Positions 35,448-48,853 are shown, counted from the first letter of the whole stretch. The stretch: 63,267 nucleotides of DNA, filler included, from Dimargaris cristalligena (GCA_003614675.1; 8 parts of 8 records of this genome joined end to end with filler, not necessarily neighbours in it); one strand, 5' to 3'. Numbers and translations: made by a program. Notes: generated by a model from the letters alone, not told the origin.

Positions 35448-36019
35448 ATGTCCGACGTCAAGATCTACACTGCCGACCAAGTCGCTGCCCACAACACCAA
35501 GAACGACTTGTGGTGCGTCGTCGAGGGCAAAGTCTACGATGTGACCAAATTCGTCGATGAGGTACGTCTCACAGAAACACATCCTATCCCCGAGGGTTTC
35601 CACCCCCCTCACTTCAATAATAATACCCGTATTATTAAGCCCACCTTCCAGCTGCTTTTACTAACTTTTCCTTACTCCCCTGGTCATCTGGGTTGTCCTC
35701 TCTGCAACATGTCCTGAATCACTCACCCTCTCTCTCTTTCTAGCACCCCGGTGGTGAAGAAGTTCTCCTGGAACACGCCGGTCTCGACTGTACCGATGCC
35801 TTCGAGGATGTCGGCCACTCCGAAGATGCTCGCGATCTGCTGGCCCAATACTACATGGGCGACCTCTCCGGTGCGACTGAGCCCGCCGGTCCCCCTAAGC
35901 CCACGGTCAAGAAGAGCGAGATCGCCCCCTCCGCTAAATCCGAGGGCTCAAGCATCCTGCAGATCGCCCTTCCCGTAGCCGTATTTGTGGCCTACCTGGC
36001 CTATAAGCTGTACGCTTAA
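35448..36019 (+). CDS. CYB5: Cytochrome b5, tail-anchored (129 aa; exons 35448-35561, 35744-36019)
   Basis: [26 protein letters not shown] heme ligands; C-terminal TM helix. Confidence 0.95.
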
Positions 36020-37052
36020 AATCCCCCTTTCCCGCCCCCAGAAGGACTATTATCATCTCCCTTGGTACACCATCTTTTACATATATATTCATATTGGTAC
36101 CCTCTTCCCCATCCTCCCACTTCTATATTCTCCACTATATAATAAATACATTGGTTATTTTGCTGTCCATCCGCTTTAGAGTCTTTGGTGATGGGGTTCT
36201 TAGTCTTTCCGAATTAGATCGACGGGTAAAAAGAGCTATATAGTTACTGAGTCGTAAAGGTGTATGGGAAATATCAATAATGCAATTAAATGGCCCTTTG
36301 GCCAATACAATTGGATCAGTTGAATGACGGGGCTATCCCAGCCCAGCTGTATAACGAAATATCCTGTTCGCTGGGTCATGGGCCTAGGGGTTAAAACCGG
36401 TTATCCTAGATTGGTTCTGGCGTATATTGTATTCGACATGTCACTTTTATGCACCGTTATCTTTGCGCATAGGTTAGGGGTTGTTCGGTGTAATTGACCG
36501 GTGGATTATTCTGTCCTACTACTTATTATGGGCGGTAAACCCTCAGATTAGCACATGCTTGCCTATTCTCATGTGGGCCACCGTCATCGGTTACACCTTT
36601 TCTGTGGCCTGTACCATTAAACCACCATTAACCCCAAGGGCTACGCTATACTATTGGTAATTGACCTGACTACATTTATTTTAAGTTGAGCTATACTCCA
36701 GGACGACGCTATATAGAATTACCACGTCCATAGTGTTTTTACTTGGTAGAGACTGCACAAGGACAGAACTGGCCTCATCCTGTATCACGACGGGCTCCAT
36801 CTGACGTTTTTGGTTGGCAGGTTGGCTCGACAATAAGCCCTATATTGGTGGTGTTGGGGCTTTCCATTACAATCAAATGCCCTACCGACCCCCCCGCCCT
36901 ACCCTATTCTCAGTTCAAATAGTGGATAAGCACACCAAACTTCGCCCATATCCCGGTATATGGTTTGGTTTGCGGTTATGATTATGGTTTGAAACTATTT
37001 ATTAATACCCATCGACTTGATAAGGATGCATTTCTAGAGACGGACTAGAACC

Positions 37053-37677
37053 CTAGGCCTTTCGCAGGATCAAGTGCACGCCACTGTCGGTGAATACGGG
37101 CCCACTCATCTGACCGACCTGGAGGGCAAACGCCGCATCTTCGAAGGGCTTCTGCATCTGGCCGCGCGCGAAAAAGCCCAGATCGCCCTGGCGCTTAGCA
37201 CTGGAGCAGTCCGAGTGCAGACTGGCCAAATGATCAAAGGTTTCTTCTTTACTTTCGATTTGGCGCTGGTACTTGCGGATGAGGTTGAAGGCCTCTTCCT
37301 TAGTCCGGGTGATGTTGTCCTCCTTCCACGAACTGGGACGGCGGCTCTCGCGGTGTTTGACCAGCAGGTGCGAGGCGCGGACCTGTTCGGGCGCGTCGGC
37401 GGAAGTCGTTTGGTCGCTGGCGGAGGGGAAGTCCCAGCTACTTTCCCGGGTCACGGTATTGAAGTAGTAGCTGCGGTTTTGGGAACGCGACTGGCGGATT
37501 TCCCAGTGGGGCGGTAGCTCGTCGGACTGATCCGGAACATGGTTGGAGGTATATAATAGCCAAAATAATAATAATAATAATAAATAGCGTAGATGGTGAG
37601 GTTGGGAATGAGGGGAAGCGGCGGCTAGGTTAGAGTGCATATATAGGGCATTGGTACATGGGTAAGACGCCTACCAT
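37053..37677 (-). CDS. ESS1: Parvulin prolyl isomerase Ess1/Pin1 (158 aa; exons 37675-37677, 37053-37526)
   Basis: WW domain [46 protein letters not shown]-only first exon. Confidence 0.96.
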
Positions 37678-38420
37678 GCTGCTGTATGGAATCGAGGGGA
37701 TAAGTGTTGGGCGGGAGTTGAATGGGCGGAGTGAAGGAATGGACAAGTTCAAAATAATTTAGATGGCAAAAAGGACAACTTGTGTGGAGCCAGTAGCTGA
37801 AGTACGACTGTTTAATAACCAGTGCGCGGAACGAGCGGCAAGGTATGGCACACTCTATTTCCCACTTCTATTTGGCTCTATGCATTTGCTCCTAAGGTTG
37901 AGAGATTAATACAGAGCTCTGCGTACAGTCTCGTGCCACTTGCCCTTGCCTTGACAAGATAGCCAGACAACTAAGTATCATGTCCTATCAACTAGTCTAA
38001 GCTAATATTGGAACAGTACCAGTTTACCAGAGCGGTCTTCGTACAGTTGGCTAAATTCACCCTTCCTTTACAATAAGATTGTATTCGGCATTATAGTTAG
38101 CTGATAGAGCAGTCTAATCCCTCATAGAGAGGGGGGGGGCCACAAAGTTAGTTTCCTAGCGGAAGAAACCGCCTTCCCATTGGATAAAATACCCTGAGCT
38201 CAAAAGAGCAACTGTCACGGCTGCATACTGGCGCCCCCGACTTGGCGCCCAGTTGCCGTTGAACCGAGCTACACATCCACATCCTCCTTTTCCATGCCTA
38301 TAGCGGACTTCATGGCTTCATTTTCGTACACTATACTTTCATCTCCAGCGGTTCCTCTCTTTTACCTATCTAGTACCCAGTTTGCCTCACTCGTCTTCCC
38401 ATTTGCACCCTTCTAACACC

Positions 38421-39284
38421 ATGGCCAATAACCGGGATTACAATGTTGTCTTGGAGGTGGACCCAGACGAAACCGAGCTGGAATTCCGGGACTTCGCCAC
38501 CACGTCGTCCACCGCCGTTCCACCGAAAACCACCAAAGGTGGTCAAAACCAAACCAGCAGCAATTCCTTCTTCGGCGGGTCCAACTCCACCCTGTTTGCG
38601 GGTCCGAACCACAACAACGACAATGGGGCCTCGCAAGCGCCTCCGGCCAACTACGCTCTCTGGCAGGTGGAGTACTACGCCCAGTACTTCAATGTGGACT
38701 CCACCAACGTCCTCGAACGCATGTGGCAGAGCGTCGTACCCACCCGGAATTTCCTCGACATCATCGGTCCGAACCCCGACCTGTACGGCCCTTTTTGGAT
38801 CGCCACCACCGTCATCTTCGCCATGTTCGTGACTTCATCCCTGTCCCAGTCCATCGTGGCCTACCTCCACGGCGGCAACCGCGTGTACGACTTCACCACC
38901 CTGTCTTTTGCTGTCTTCACCGTGTACCCCTACCTCCTCCTCACCTCGCTGGGCGTCTGGGCCACCACCAAATATTTCGGCTGCCAACCCAGTCTCCTGG
39001 AGGTTTTATCCATCTACGGCTACGCGTTCACCGTGTGGATCCCCATCGCCATTGCCTGTGTCGTGCCCAATGACCTCGTTCGCTGGATTCTGACCATCGT
39101 AGCCTTTGTGAGCTCCGCCCTATTCATTTGCAAAAATATATTTCTCATTATCTCGCGCTCAGGGGCTACCGTGCATCGGGCGCTGATTTTGGTGGTGCTC
39201 CTCGCCCATGCCGCCCTAGCCCTGGTCTTTAAAATCAAATTCTTCTCCTATAGTGTGGTAGTGCCCATCGAACCCAAGGATTAG
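38421..39284 (+). CDS. Yip1-domain Golgi protein, YIPF1/2 (Yip5)-like (287 aa)
   Basis: YYAQYFNVD, PDLYGPFWIATT, IYGYAFTVWIP; five hydrophobic segments. Confidence 0.9.
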   Translation: MANNRDYNVVLEVDPDETELEFRDFATTSSTAVPPKTTKGGQNQTSSNSFFGGSNSTLFAGPNHNNDNGASQAPPANYALWQVEYYAQYFNVDSTNVLERMWQSVVPTRNFLDIIGPNPDLYGPFWIATTVIFAMFVTSSLSQSIVAYLHGGNRVYDFTTLSFAVFTVYPYLLLTSLGVWATTKYFGCQPSLLEVLSIYGYAFTVWIPIAIACVVPNDLVRWILTIVAFVSSALFICKNIFLIISRSGATVHRALILVVLLAHAALALVFKIKFFSYSVVVPIEPKD

Positions 39285-39585
39285 AGAGAAGACTGAGAGG
39301 GGAAACATTCCCTTACGCGATGGTTGACAATGGTCTTAGCCAGTAACAGCACTTCATTAAATTAAAAGTAAATAATGGCCATTATTGAATTGGCGAACTA
39401 TATTGCCCTGTGTCCCAATAGTGGGAGCGGAAGGTTCAACCTAACCGGTGTCAAAATTCAGCTGTTGATGATTCGATTCTCCACAACCATATTGGCCCTT
39501 TTGGGCATAACAGGAAAAATTAAGCAAGAGGAAACACTCGAATAATTAGCCATTAGTAGTGACATGGCCTCTTTGTCCTGTTGAC

Positions 39586-39685
39586 NNNNNNNNNNNNNNN
39601 NNNNNNNNNNNNNNNNNNNNNNNNNNNNNTTAATTAATTAANNNNNNNNNNNNNNNNNNNNNNNNNNNNNNNNNNNNNNNNNNNN
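39586..39685. other. Artificial contig linker
   Basis: N44-TTAATTAATTAA-N44. Confidence 0.99.
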
Positions 39686-40000
39686 TCACTTTTGAGGATA
39701 GTGATGCTATGGAGGAGTAGATGCGGTATACTAAATGGGGATTCCATAGCGTGCCTTAATGCCATTAGTTCCGTTTATTATATCATCTCATATATTTTCT
39801 TAGTCATTGTCATTTCCATTCATTTGTTCTTTTTTTTTCTTTCTCCCCCAACTGTTTACATGCATGCACATGGTAAAGCATTAAATAAATCAACTTTCCG
39901 ATCCAATTATGGTTATTTAGTAAGCCGATTTTAATGTTGTATTATTTGGCTTGTCAAGACCCCATTGGAGATACACGGTCGCGGACTTATTATGGAGTCT

Positions 40001-40145
40001 ACATGGGTGAAATTCGACCCAACTATATACGGCCATCGATGGTATGTGTAGGGGGTAAATACGGGAGGGAATCGTTTGTAACTGGGAGTATTGGCTACAA
40101 CCGACGGATAATAGGCTATACATACTAATTGAATCTCTCCCATAT
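40001..40145. mobile_element. MITE-like element, divergent copy (145 bp)
   Basis: ACATGGGTGAAATTC...GAATCTCTCCCATAT; same length and layout as 25161-25304. Confidence 0.6.
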
Positions 40146-40376
40146 CTAGTACCATCTAAAACTCTAGAGGCTGATGACTCCGAAGTTATTCAAGGTACAC
40201 TAACTAACTAGAAGTGCCCACCAAACCCTAGCGACATTATACGCATTTATACGGGCCTATTAATCTAGGTATTCAGCATTTATAATACTATACTAATAGT
40301 TTGCTGTCCATAGTCAAAAGGCCAGTTTTAGTATCTTTTTATTTTTAAACATGTTGATTATGATAACCGTGCGTTG

Positions 40377-41508
40377 CTAATGAGCTGTCGCCAACGTCAA
40401 GTAATGGGAGATTTCCTGCAAATAAATGATTCCACACGGCAGTGTAAATCGCCAAGTTTCGCAATTGGCAATTATTTGGTGTGTTTTTGCATGTGCCGTG
40501 AGATGATTAGATTGGGGAAATGATTTAGGGCAAAGCGTGCAGGCAAAAGGTTTCTCCCCGGTGTGTGTTCGCATATGTACAAAGAGATGACTAGATTGTG
40601 AAAATAGTTTAAGGCAAGTTTTACAGGCATAAGATATCTGTTCCCCAACGTGCATCTTCATATGGATCCTGAAGTTTGTGGCATTTAAAAGTCGCTTCTA
40701 TACAAATCCCGCAAGTAAAGGGCGACTCCCTGGTGTGTATTTGCATATGCCTTTTAAGATTGTGATACCTTGAAAACGATTTCTTGCAAACACCACATAT
40801 GCCGGACTTTGCTTTTCTTTGGGATTTGGAATCGGTTTGGAGTCGCGTTTGGTCCGTGTTTGCGTGTGCATCTTGATTACAGGCGGACCGCTTCCTCTTG
40901 TTGGGGAATACTAAGTTATGGTCATGATGATCGGTCCCTACAGTTGTAGGTTGTTTGTGATGGTGGTTGCCAGGACTTAGCTCCGCCGGTTCCTTTTCCA
41001 ACCCCAGGAGCGGGCTGGGGTTGGATGCTAATGTACTTGCAATAGCTGAATCCAAAACCTTACCGGGAGGATTGTGTAGTAGCCCTGTGTCTACAGTGGA
41101 GCTGTCTCTCTCGTTATCAACGTCGATTGCATCATACATGCCGACCTCAAGGCGATGAAGGAATCCATTGGGAGTGGGTTGATTGCCAAGGTAATCTGCA
41201 TTGAGGGTGTTTTCTATTCGGAGGGGTTCCCTGATGTCACTGTCACTCATGGTCAGCGTGAGTTGGTCAATGAGTGATTCTAACCCATCACTGTCCAGTT
41301 GACTAATACGGTGGATGGTCTCCGATAATGGTGGGTCTCTGGTGTGGGGTCATGGGGTTGCCCTAGTAGCTGCATGGTTTAAAGTAAAATGAGGGCCATG
41401 GGTATAAAATGTGGTGTTTACATGGTCAAACTGGGGGTTGTGTTCACTAGAGGCACAGACTAGAGAGAGATAGGCTAGAGCAAGGTTGACCATTTTGTAC
41501 ACAAGCAT
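40377..41508 (-). pseudogene. Disrupted four-finger C2H2 zinc-finger gene with signal-peptide-like N-terminus (~376 aa reconstructed)
   Basis: Frame runs from ATG 41508/41493 through one TGA (41350-41352); an extra base at 40698-40701 breaks finger 2; fingers CGVC, CGIC, CKTC, CTLC with a TGEKPF linker; KRKR motif. Confidence 0.7.
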
Positions 41509-41739
41509 TTTAGGACTGCTGCTTGAGATTAGATGATTAAAGCAAAGGGTGAAGGGGTATCAGCTAATACAGAAATGGTAAAAATGATTAACAAACCACT
41601 AAAATACGCAATAATACTATAAAGTTGTCTATATGTACATGTTATCAATTTGGTATAATAAAAATAAAAACATGATAGCAATCAACAGTATGCATGTTAG
41701 GGGGGGCATGCTATGGTAAAAAAAGAGGGGATTGATGTC

Positions 41740-42188
41740 TGTCACCCAGGTTTACTACTCTTAGACTATCAAGGATCCCAAGGATAGGCTTCTAACAGTA
41801 GGCAGGGCTTAGACTTGGCCAAGTGGGCTACTAATATTAGGGTGGGCATAGTACTAATCAATAAAGGATAAGTGCAGGTGAATGCAAGGGACAGCTCCAG
41901 AGGGAGGTCCCAAGGGGAATGCTACTAAGACTAAGGTATAGGTAGATAAAGAGTCTGACTGGATAGCTTTATATCTGGAAGACTCTCATAGGAACTGGAA
42001 GAGTCATTTAGATCAGCTGGTTGAGTATTATGTGCAAAGCATTGGAGCTGGAAGGAGAAGGGTTATATAATAGATGACAATCCCATAGTACCGGGGGGTG
42101 ACTATGGGAGGGTTAATATGGTGTTATAAGGCTAAACAAGGACAGACAATTGTTAAGTCCAGATTAAGTCAGATTAGGAGGGCTGACA
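41740..42188 (-). mobile_element. Solo LTR, copy 2 (449 bp, internal deletion)
   Basis: TGTC...GACA; TSD ATGTC (41735-41739 and 42189-42193). Confidence 0.9.
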
Positions 42189-42791
42189 ATGTCTATATAT
42201 ATATGATATATCTGGAAATATGCATAAGGTTAACCTTACCTATATTAGAAATATGAATTCAATAGTAAATGCAAGTGCCTTCAGATGCAACTAAAAAGGA
42301 TTTAAAGAAGAGAGAAAGAACCACAAGGGGCAAGGCTAGATGCCCGCAGTTGGTTTTATTGAATTGGATAATAGCAGTAATAATGATTAGAATGAAGTCT
42401 AAGGTGTAGAATGATATAGTAATGGCTAGAATATAGTCCCGAGTATAGGATGGGCCAATCACAGAGATGGAATCAGTGGGACAGGGGAAATGAATTTCCA
42501 ACAACCTAGGCTTTAATACTTGAAGGTTTCACAGTGTTACATCATGTACCAATAAATACCCCAATACATTAACACATTAGTCTACATCAGGGCTACATTG
42601 TTTAATAATACTGGTACAAGCATCCATTAACTGATAAATAAATGGGAGCATACTCTGCTGATATAACCAAAAGGTTATCTCCAAAGTCCAGTTTGACCAT
42701 GGCCAACATTGGAGGGGGGGGATTCTGCCCAAGTGGTACATGTATTTCACATGAGGAATACCTGGCTACTAGGCAGTTGAATATAAATTCA

Positions 42792-42888
42792 AGGTGAGAG
42801 AAGTTTAATCTAGCTGTCTAGTGAAAGGTCCTGTTGGCAAGTTGTGTTATTTAAAATAGTATACAGCTATGTTGAATTTCTCCCATAC
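42792..42888. mobile_element. Possible short degenerate MITE copy
   Basis: GTGAGAGAAGTTTAATCTAGCTGT...ATACAGCTATGTTGAATTTCTCCCATAC resembles both TIRs. Confidence 0.4.
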
Positions 42889-42948
42889 AGATTTTTGAAG
42901 GTGGATAGAAGATAAATTTAGTATTATAATTTATTCAGTTATTGTAAA

Positions 42949-43532
42949 TATTACCCAGGTTAACTACTCTTAGTCCATCAAGAGTCCTGAGGATAGGCTT
43001 CCAACAGTAGGTGGGGCTTAGGCTCAGCCAAGCTGGCTACTAGTATTAAGTACAGGCACAGTCCTAACTAATAAAGGCTAAGTGTAAGTACAGGTAAAGG
43101 ATATATAGTGGGCACACTTACAAGTTAGTACAAGGGTGGGGTGAGTGTATATAGAGTTTATTGGGGTAAACTAGGGGGTAATAACAAGCTAAGGAATTGA
43201 ACTGGTCCCAGTGGGGCCTAGTTATATATACATAGGGACAGCTCCAGAGGGAGGTCCTAAGGGGAGCATACTACTAAGGCTACAGTATAAGTAAATGGGC
43301 TAACTGGATAGCCATAAGTATCCAAAAGACTCTAAGGGTAACTGGAAGAGTCCTTGGATCAGTACTTGAGTGATTAGTGCAAAGAGGCAGAGTCTAGAAG
43401 GGAAAGGGTTATATGATATAGGATGATCCCACAGTACTGGGGGTGACCATAGGAAGGTTAATATGGTACTATAAGTCCTAATGGGGATAGACCCTAGGGT
43501 ATCTAGATTAAGGAGGATTAGATGGTCTAATA
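42949..43532 (-). mobile_element. Solo LTR, copy 3 (degenerate termini)
   Basis: Starts TATTACCCAGG (from TGTCACCCGGG); collinear with other copies; no intact TSD. Confidence 0.8.
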
Positions 43533-43763
43533 ATGATTTAGAGGTTTAGATAGTGTAAGAAAATTGGTTAATTTAAAGAGGGTAATTGTTCTCAAAAAGG
43601 GGAGCTCAGAACAGTTGTTCCTATATTGAAATTTTATTTGGCAATCAAAATAGGTGGTATTTAGTTGTCCTTCTACATACCTTACAAAATAGTTAATTAA
43701 ATAATTAGGCAGGGCAGATATCTCATTAATATTGTAACTTATATACCATTCAGCCTTCCACAG

Positions 43764-44345
43764 TGTCAGCCCTCCTAATCTAACTTAATCCAGATTTAAA
43801 GATTGTCCATCCTTATTAGGCCTTATAATGCCATATTAACCCTCCCATAGTCACCCCCAGTACTATGGGGCCATCATTTATTATATAACCCTTCTCCTTC
43901 TCAACCTCAATGCTTTGCACCAAAACACTCAACCTGCTGATCCAAGACTCTTCTGGTTCCCATGAGAGTCTTCCAGATACAAAGCTGTCCAGTCGGATTC
44001 CTTATCCACCTATACCTTAGTCTTAGTAGCATTTCCCTTGGGACCTCCCTCTGGAGTCATCCCCGCATATATATAACTGGGCCCCACTGGGACCAATTCG
44101 ATTCCTTAGCTTATATTTACCCCCCTAGTTTATCCCAATAAACTCTATATACACATCCCTTTGTACTAAACTTGTAAGTGTGCTGCTGCACATCCCTTGC
44201 ATATACTGGCACTTATCCTTTATTAGTTAGTACTGTGCCCCATCCTAATGCTAGTAGCCTGCTTGGCCAAGTCTAAGCCCTGCCTACTATTAGAAGCCTA
44301 TCCTTGGGACTCTTAATGGACTAAGAGTGGTTAACCCAGGTGACA
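43764..44345 (+). mobile_element. Solo LTR, copy 4 (582 bp, opposite orientation)
   Basis: TGTC...GACA; TSD CACAG (43759-43763 and 44346-44350); TATATAA ~44070 then AATAAA 44137. Confidence 0.9.
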
Positions 44346-45945
44346 CACAGCATGGGCATGGCTAGAGACCTTTGAATATATCATATTTATTGACTATTTG
44401 ATAGCCTGCCACTGGGGCTTAATTATAGACTGTTTAATGGCATCACACATATACATTCTCCTATTCACCTCAAATGGTGCAGGATACAGTATAGGTCACC
44501 CGTTTGACTACTGCAGATCCCACAGCTGAAAACTGTCTGTAGCAAACTATCCTCAAACCTCTATTATTACGTTTACTATATACAACAAAGGCTCCCTTTG
44601 CAGCGTGTCATACAATGGTTCCCCTGGCAGGCAATATGTGCAGGAAATAACAGGTGGGCCACAAAGTCTCGGCCTGCGTAATCTTTATGTGCTTGACTTA
44701 GTTTACCGATATCTGCTTCAAATTAAATGGCCGAATACAGCTATGAAGGGAGTGGGTCCGAATACTAATGCACATCAGTTAGGGCTAAACCCGGCCAAAA
44801 TTAACACATTTCCCATTATTTTCGTCTAAAGGGTTTATATTTTATTTTGTACTTTCCCTGTCATTTAAAGTCTGGTCAATAGCTACTGCATTCATCTAAG
44901 CATAGTATAATTTAGTCGGCCTTTCACAGATTTTCTCCCTAAATTAAATGCAACTGATTTATACATTTTATACACATTGTTTTTAGAATATATGAATCCC
45001 TTGATTCAGCCCTTCGAATCTTCATGGTGAAGTCATTATATTCATAGAATACATATACTGACCTTCAAAGTACAATTAACTAACCGAGTTTGTAAGCATA
45101 AATAGATATGATAGAATACAACTTAGCTACCTGTGTATTTATAATGATGTTTATATCCCGACCTGCGAAGTGAGCAGCGGAAGATTTATATATCCATAGT
45201 AACACCTGAAGCCTTCATGTATATTAGACCTCCATATGCATAATTTACACTACTGGGCTTCATATCCATATAGATTTTCTGTTTCCAGTAGTCTGTAGTA
45301 TGGGAATTCCGCAACCTGAGTCATCTAATTAATACCAAGTGTACGCTGCCTTGCCCACTCCAGACAATATAAAAAGGTTAGCCTAGCGCAGACTTCACTC
45401 CAACAGGGCATTAAAATACTGCCAATTTATATTCTAGTCGTAATGTTTACAGTGCTGTAGCACATAGGTTTATATATTTAAAAATATCAAACATAGAAAT
45501 GAATGCACCATTATTGGGATGCCAAGGGTGCATTTATTTCCAAGGGTTGGGCTTCACTGGGATTGCCTAATCCAATGACTAGACAAATGAATAGCAAAAA
45601 AAGCCAATGGTATTTCGGGATGCACCTCGACGAATGGTGCTACTTGACCTAAATAAATCTAAAAAAATATTCAAAAATGGGTACAAGTAGTCAGGAAGGT
45701 ACAGGTCCCAGCCAAATTGCGGAATATAGGATTTGTGCGAACCATCAGGGGAGTAATTGGAACTACCACAATGTCCTGGTTTGGCTACACCGGGAATAGT
45801 GAGCAATCTATGATTGAATATAACTGGCAGAGAATGTGTGGATAATTACAGTTATGTTCATCTCCGCTGTGTGTGTAGGAGGGAGGGTGACCTAAAGGAT
45901 ACCCTAGTGCAAAAATTGTATCTCCAGAATAAAATGAGGGTGCTA

Positions 45946-46311
45946 CTAATTCCTTGTGGGTCTGTGTCTGGGATAATACCGTCGGTGACCCGGGTTTTCA
46001 CATAACCCAGGACATAGAGGACAGCGATTAGCTTTAGAACAAGTAGCTTCATGTATGTGCTGTCCTTGCACAGTGCCAAATGCACCGTTACAGCCTCTGC
46101 ACTTATACTGTAACTTGAACACCTCGCAGTCCCTTTGGTGTTCAATGAGAAGATTAGGACGAAGGAATTCACGATTACAAATGGGACACTTGGATTTACG
46201 TCTTTCTTTCTTCTTTTGACTGGGATTGTCACAAGATTCAGCGCCGTTGCTGGCATTTTCTATCGAATTGGGTAAATAATTGTTACCATGTCTAATGTCC
46301 TGATCGTCCAT
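45946..46311 (-). CDS. Small zinc-finger protein (C2HC-type fingers), possibly truncated
   Basis: KKKERRK basic patch; CPIC..HQRDC and CRGC..HEATC; incomplete third finger CPLC. Confidence 0.55.
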   Translation of the reverse strand: MDDQDIRHGNNYLPNSIENASNGAESCDNPSQKKKERRKSKCPICNREFLRPNLLIEHQRDCEVFKLQYKCRGCNGAFGTVQGQHIHEATCSKANRCPLCPGLCENPGHRRYYPRHRPTRN

Positions 46312-47497
46312 GGTTGTGTTGAGTGTACAGAGTTAATTGTGGGGTTGGGTATACAATGACTAAAATGAGGATGGAGGTACAGAGTTAAAAGTGTGATGAC
46401 TTAGCAGTTGGTGGCCAGCACTTGGGTCTAAATACTCGGGCGATTCTAGCAGAGTGACGAAAAATAGTTAATTAGCCTGTGAAAGTGGTTAAAGAATGTT
46501 GTAAAAGAAGAGGCACTTAAGGCTGGTGGCTTGATTTTCGATTAAATATCGCTGTCTGCATTTCCGTTATAAAAATTATGTGCTGGAATTTAGGAATATA
46601 CCAATGATTGGCGTGAAAGATGACTGCAGACTAGCAATGGAGTGGGGTGCTTTTTTAAAGAAGTATAATCAATCATCATCGGTGGTGTGCTTGATGTACT
46701 GACATGGGTCGGGATGGATTATCCTCTCCATAAGACAAACTAGTCGTGACCTTCGTCATGTGATCCCTGCGCATTCTACAGTTACACCCTTGCATGAGTA
46801 TTCGGAAGACCTATGTTGGTTAATCCTCGTCCGAAAACGAGTTCCTTTCCGCTTCCTGGACGGTAAAAGTGAATACCTCCACTTCCATGGATTGAGCACT
46901 CCGAGACCTATGAGTGGAACTCAAGGCTTCCACGTACATATATATATATACTGTTCACACGAGAACGTTGGATGATCCGAAGACATTTTTTATCTTCCAA
47001 TTTCCATTATTTTTCTTTCCTTCCTTTTCCGCTATTCGTTGAACTCGAAGACCCCGCCAGTTTTCCCCTTCACGGTTTTATGGCAGTTAGTCCATCTGCG
47101 GACGATGTCCGAAAGTCTTAGTATGAGTTTATGTCCACATCTACACGTTGCTATAAATATGTAGCACCAAGTCGGCCTTTAAAACAGCAAGTTATCACCG
47201 AGATAAGTTTTTATTAATCAGAATAAATATCTACCTTTAACTTCACCAGTGTTTTACACAGTTTACCCACCGAAGGACTTCAACCAGAAGTCACAATTTT
47301 GTTTTCTTATATCTTTTATTTTATTTCCCCTTACCCAGTTTACCAGCATGCAGCTACCGTGGCTCATCCAACTCCAAACTCCAGTGATGGGAGCATAGGA
47401 TCCATCAACCTGGAGTTGATTCCACCACACCCCAGCACCGCCTCCGAGTACAGTTCCGATCCCATCCGTATCGCCGAAGGACCGCTGCCTGAATTCT

Positions 47498-47597
47498 NNN
47501 NNNNNNNNNNNNNNNNNNNNNNNNNNNNNNNNNNNNNNNNNTTAATTAATTAANNNNNNNNNNNNNNNNNNNNNNNNNNNNNNNNNNNNNNNNNNNN
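47498..47597. other. Artificial contig linker
   Basis: N44-TTAATTAATTAA-N44. Confidence 0.99.
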
Positions 47598-48853
47598 GGT
47601 CAAGGGCAGGGGTGCATCACAGTCAAGGGTACATAATTTACTAATAGAAAAAATACTATATTAATAAAAATGGAGGAAAAATGACTATACTCATCAGGGG
47701 CAGGGGCTCATTCACTCACCAGGGGCATACTTCCAATAAGTGCAAAAAATAGATAAAAAAATAATGGTAAGTAAAAATATGGTAAGTTTACCACAGTAGA
47801 TATAAAAAGTCCATAGTATGGATTTAAAGGTGAGGAGGTGTATGATAATGAAGGTACTAACATCAGCTGAGAGCAATTGGTTCTACATTCCCTAGATAGC
47901 TAGTTTAACATCCTTAGTTGGGAAGTACATTATTACAGGCTGCTTAATATTCAATATTTTCATTACCATACAGTTAGAACTCAGCCCAATGACAGAGTCT
48001 TTTGTTAAAAGTGAGTGAAAATGAGCGCTGTTTTATTATTAAGTAGATATAGTAATGGTATCTGAGAATAAAGAATGGTAGCAGTGTTGGGGTTGCTAAT
48101 AAACTGAGGAGGTAATGGCATGCTGGCCAAACATCCTTTATATAATCGGATTATCAGCTGCCGTGGGTCTGTTAATAATGCATGGCACATATGAGGTAGT
48201 TCCCACTGGATATGGATCATTAGGGTATCCCATAGAGTAGAAATTAGCGGCGCTCGGGTCTACTATAATTCGTGGGCTGGGCCATCCTCATCAGTGACCG
48301 GGGTATCTCATTGGCCAGGTCCCCGGTTATCTAGGTCTCTGCACATCGTCCTCTGGTTGAGGCATTGTCGCAGCATTATTGGTAGCATTGGTCTTGTCCA
48401 CCGGCGTAGACGTAGCAGTTTTAAAGGACATGTGTATAGTTAAATGGGGGAGATGCTTATTTTACCATCAACGACGCCTAACATCTACATGGGATTTTTC
48501 GCTACAATGCCGGGATGAATCCCTCCAATATTCGGTTAAGTTGAACATCGCTTGTTCGGATAGTTAAATTAATAAAACCCGAGAAGTTTATTAACATTAT
48601 ATATTCAATTTACTTGGACTGGGTTAGCCAAGACCCTAAACCAACATCGAAGAATGGACCTGTACTGTTTAACCAATGCGCAGAGAGGGAGCAGGGCGCG
48701 CCAAAATAGTGGTGAAGCGCTTGGAAGTAGGGGGTGTAAAGTAAGAATAAACTAGAGAAAAAACAATGATTGAGAGCTAGGGAGTTATGTAAAGAGCAAA
48801 AACCAGGACAGGCGCAAAAGAAGTGGTAGTCCCATGCCGCCGAATAGCCCAAT

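Noticed and set aside
48250-48300. Minus-strand CTGATGA...GAA resembling a hammerhead ribozyme core
   Set aside because: Stem II is imperfect, GAAT replaces GAAA, and stems I/III are not evident.
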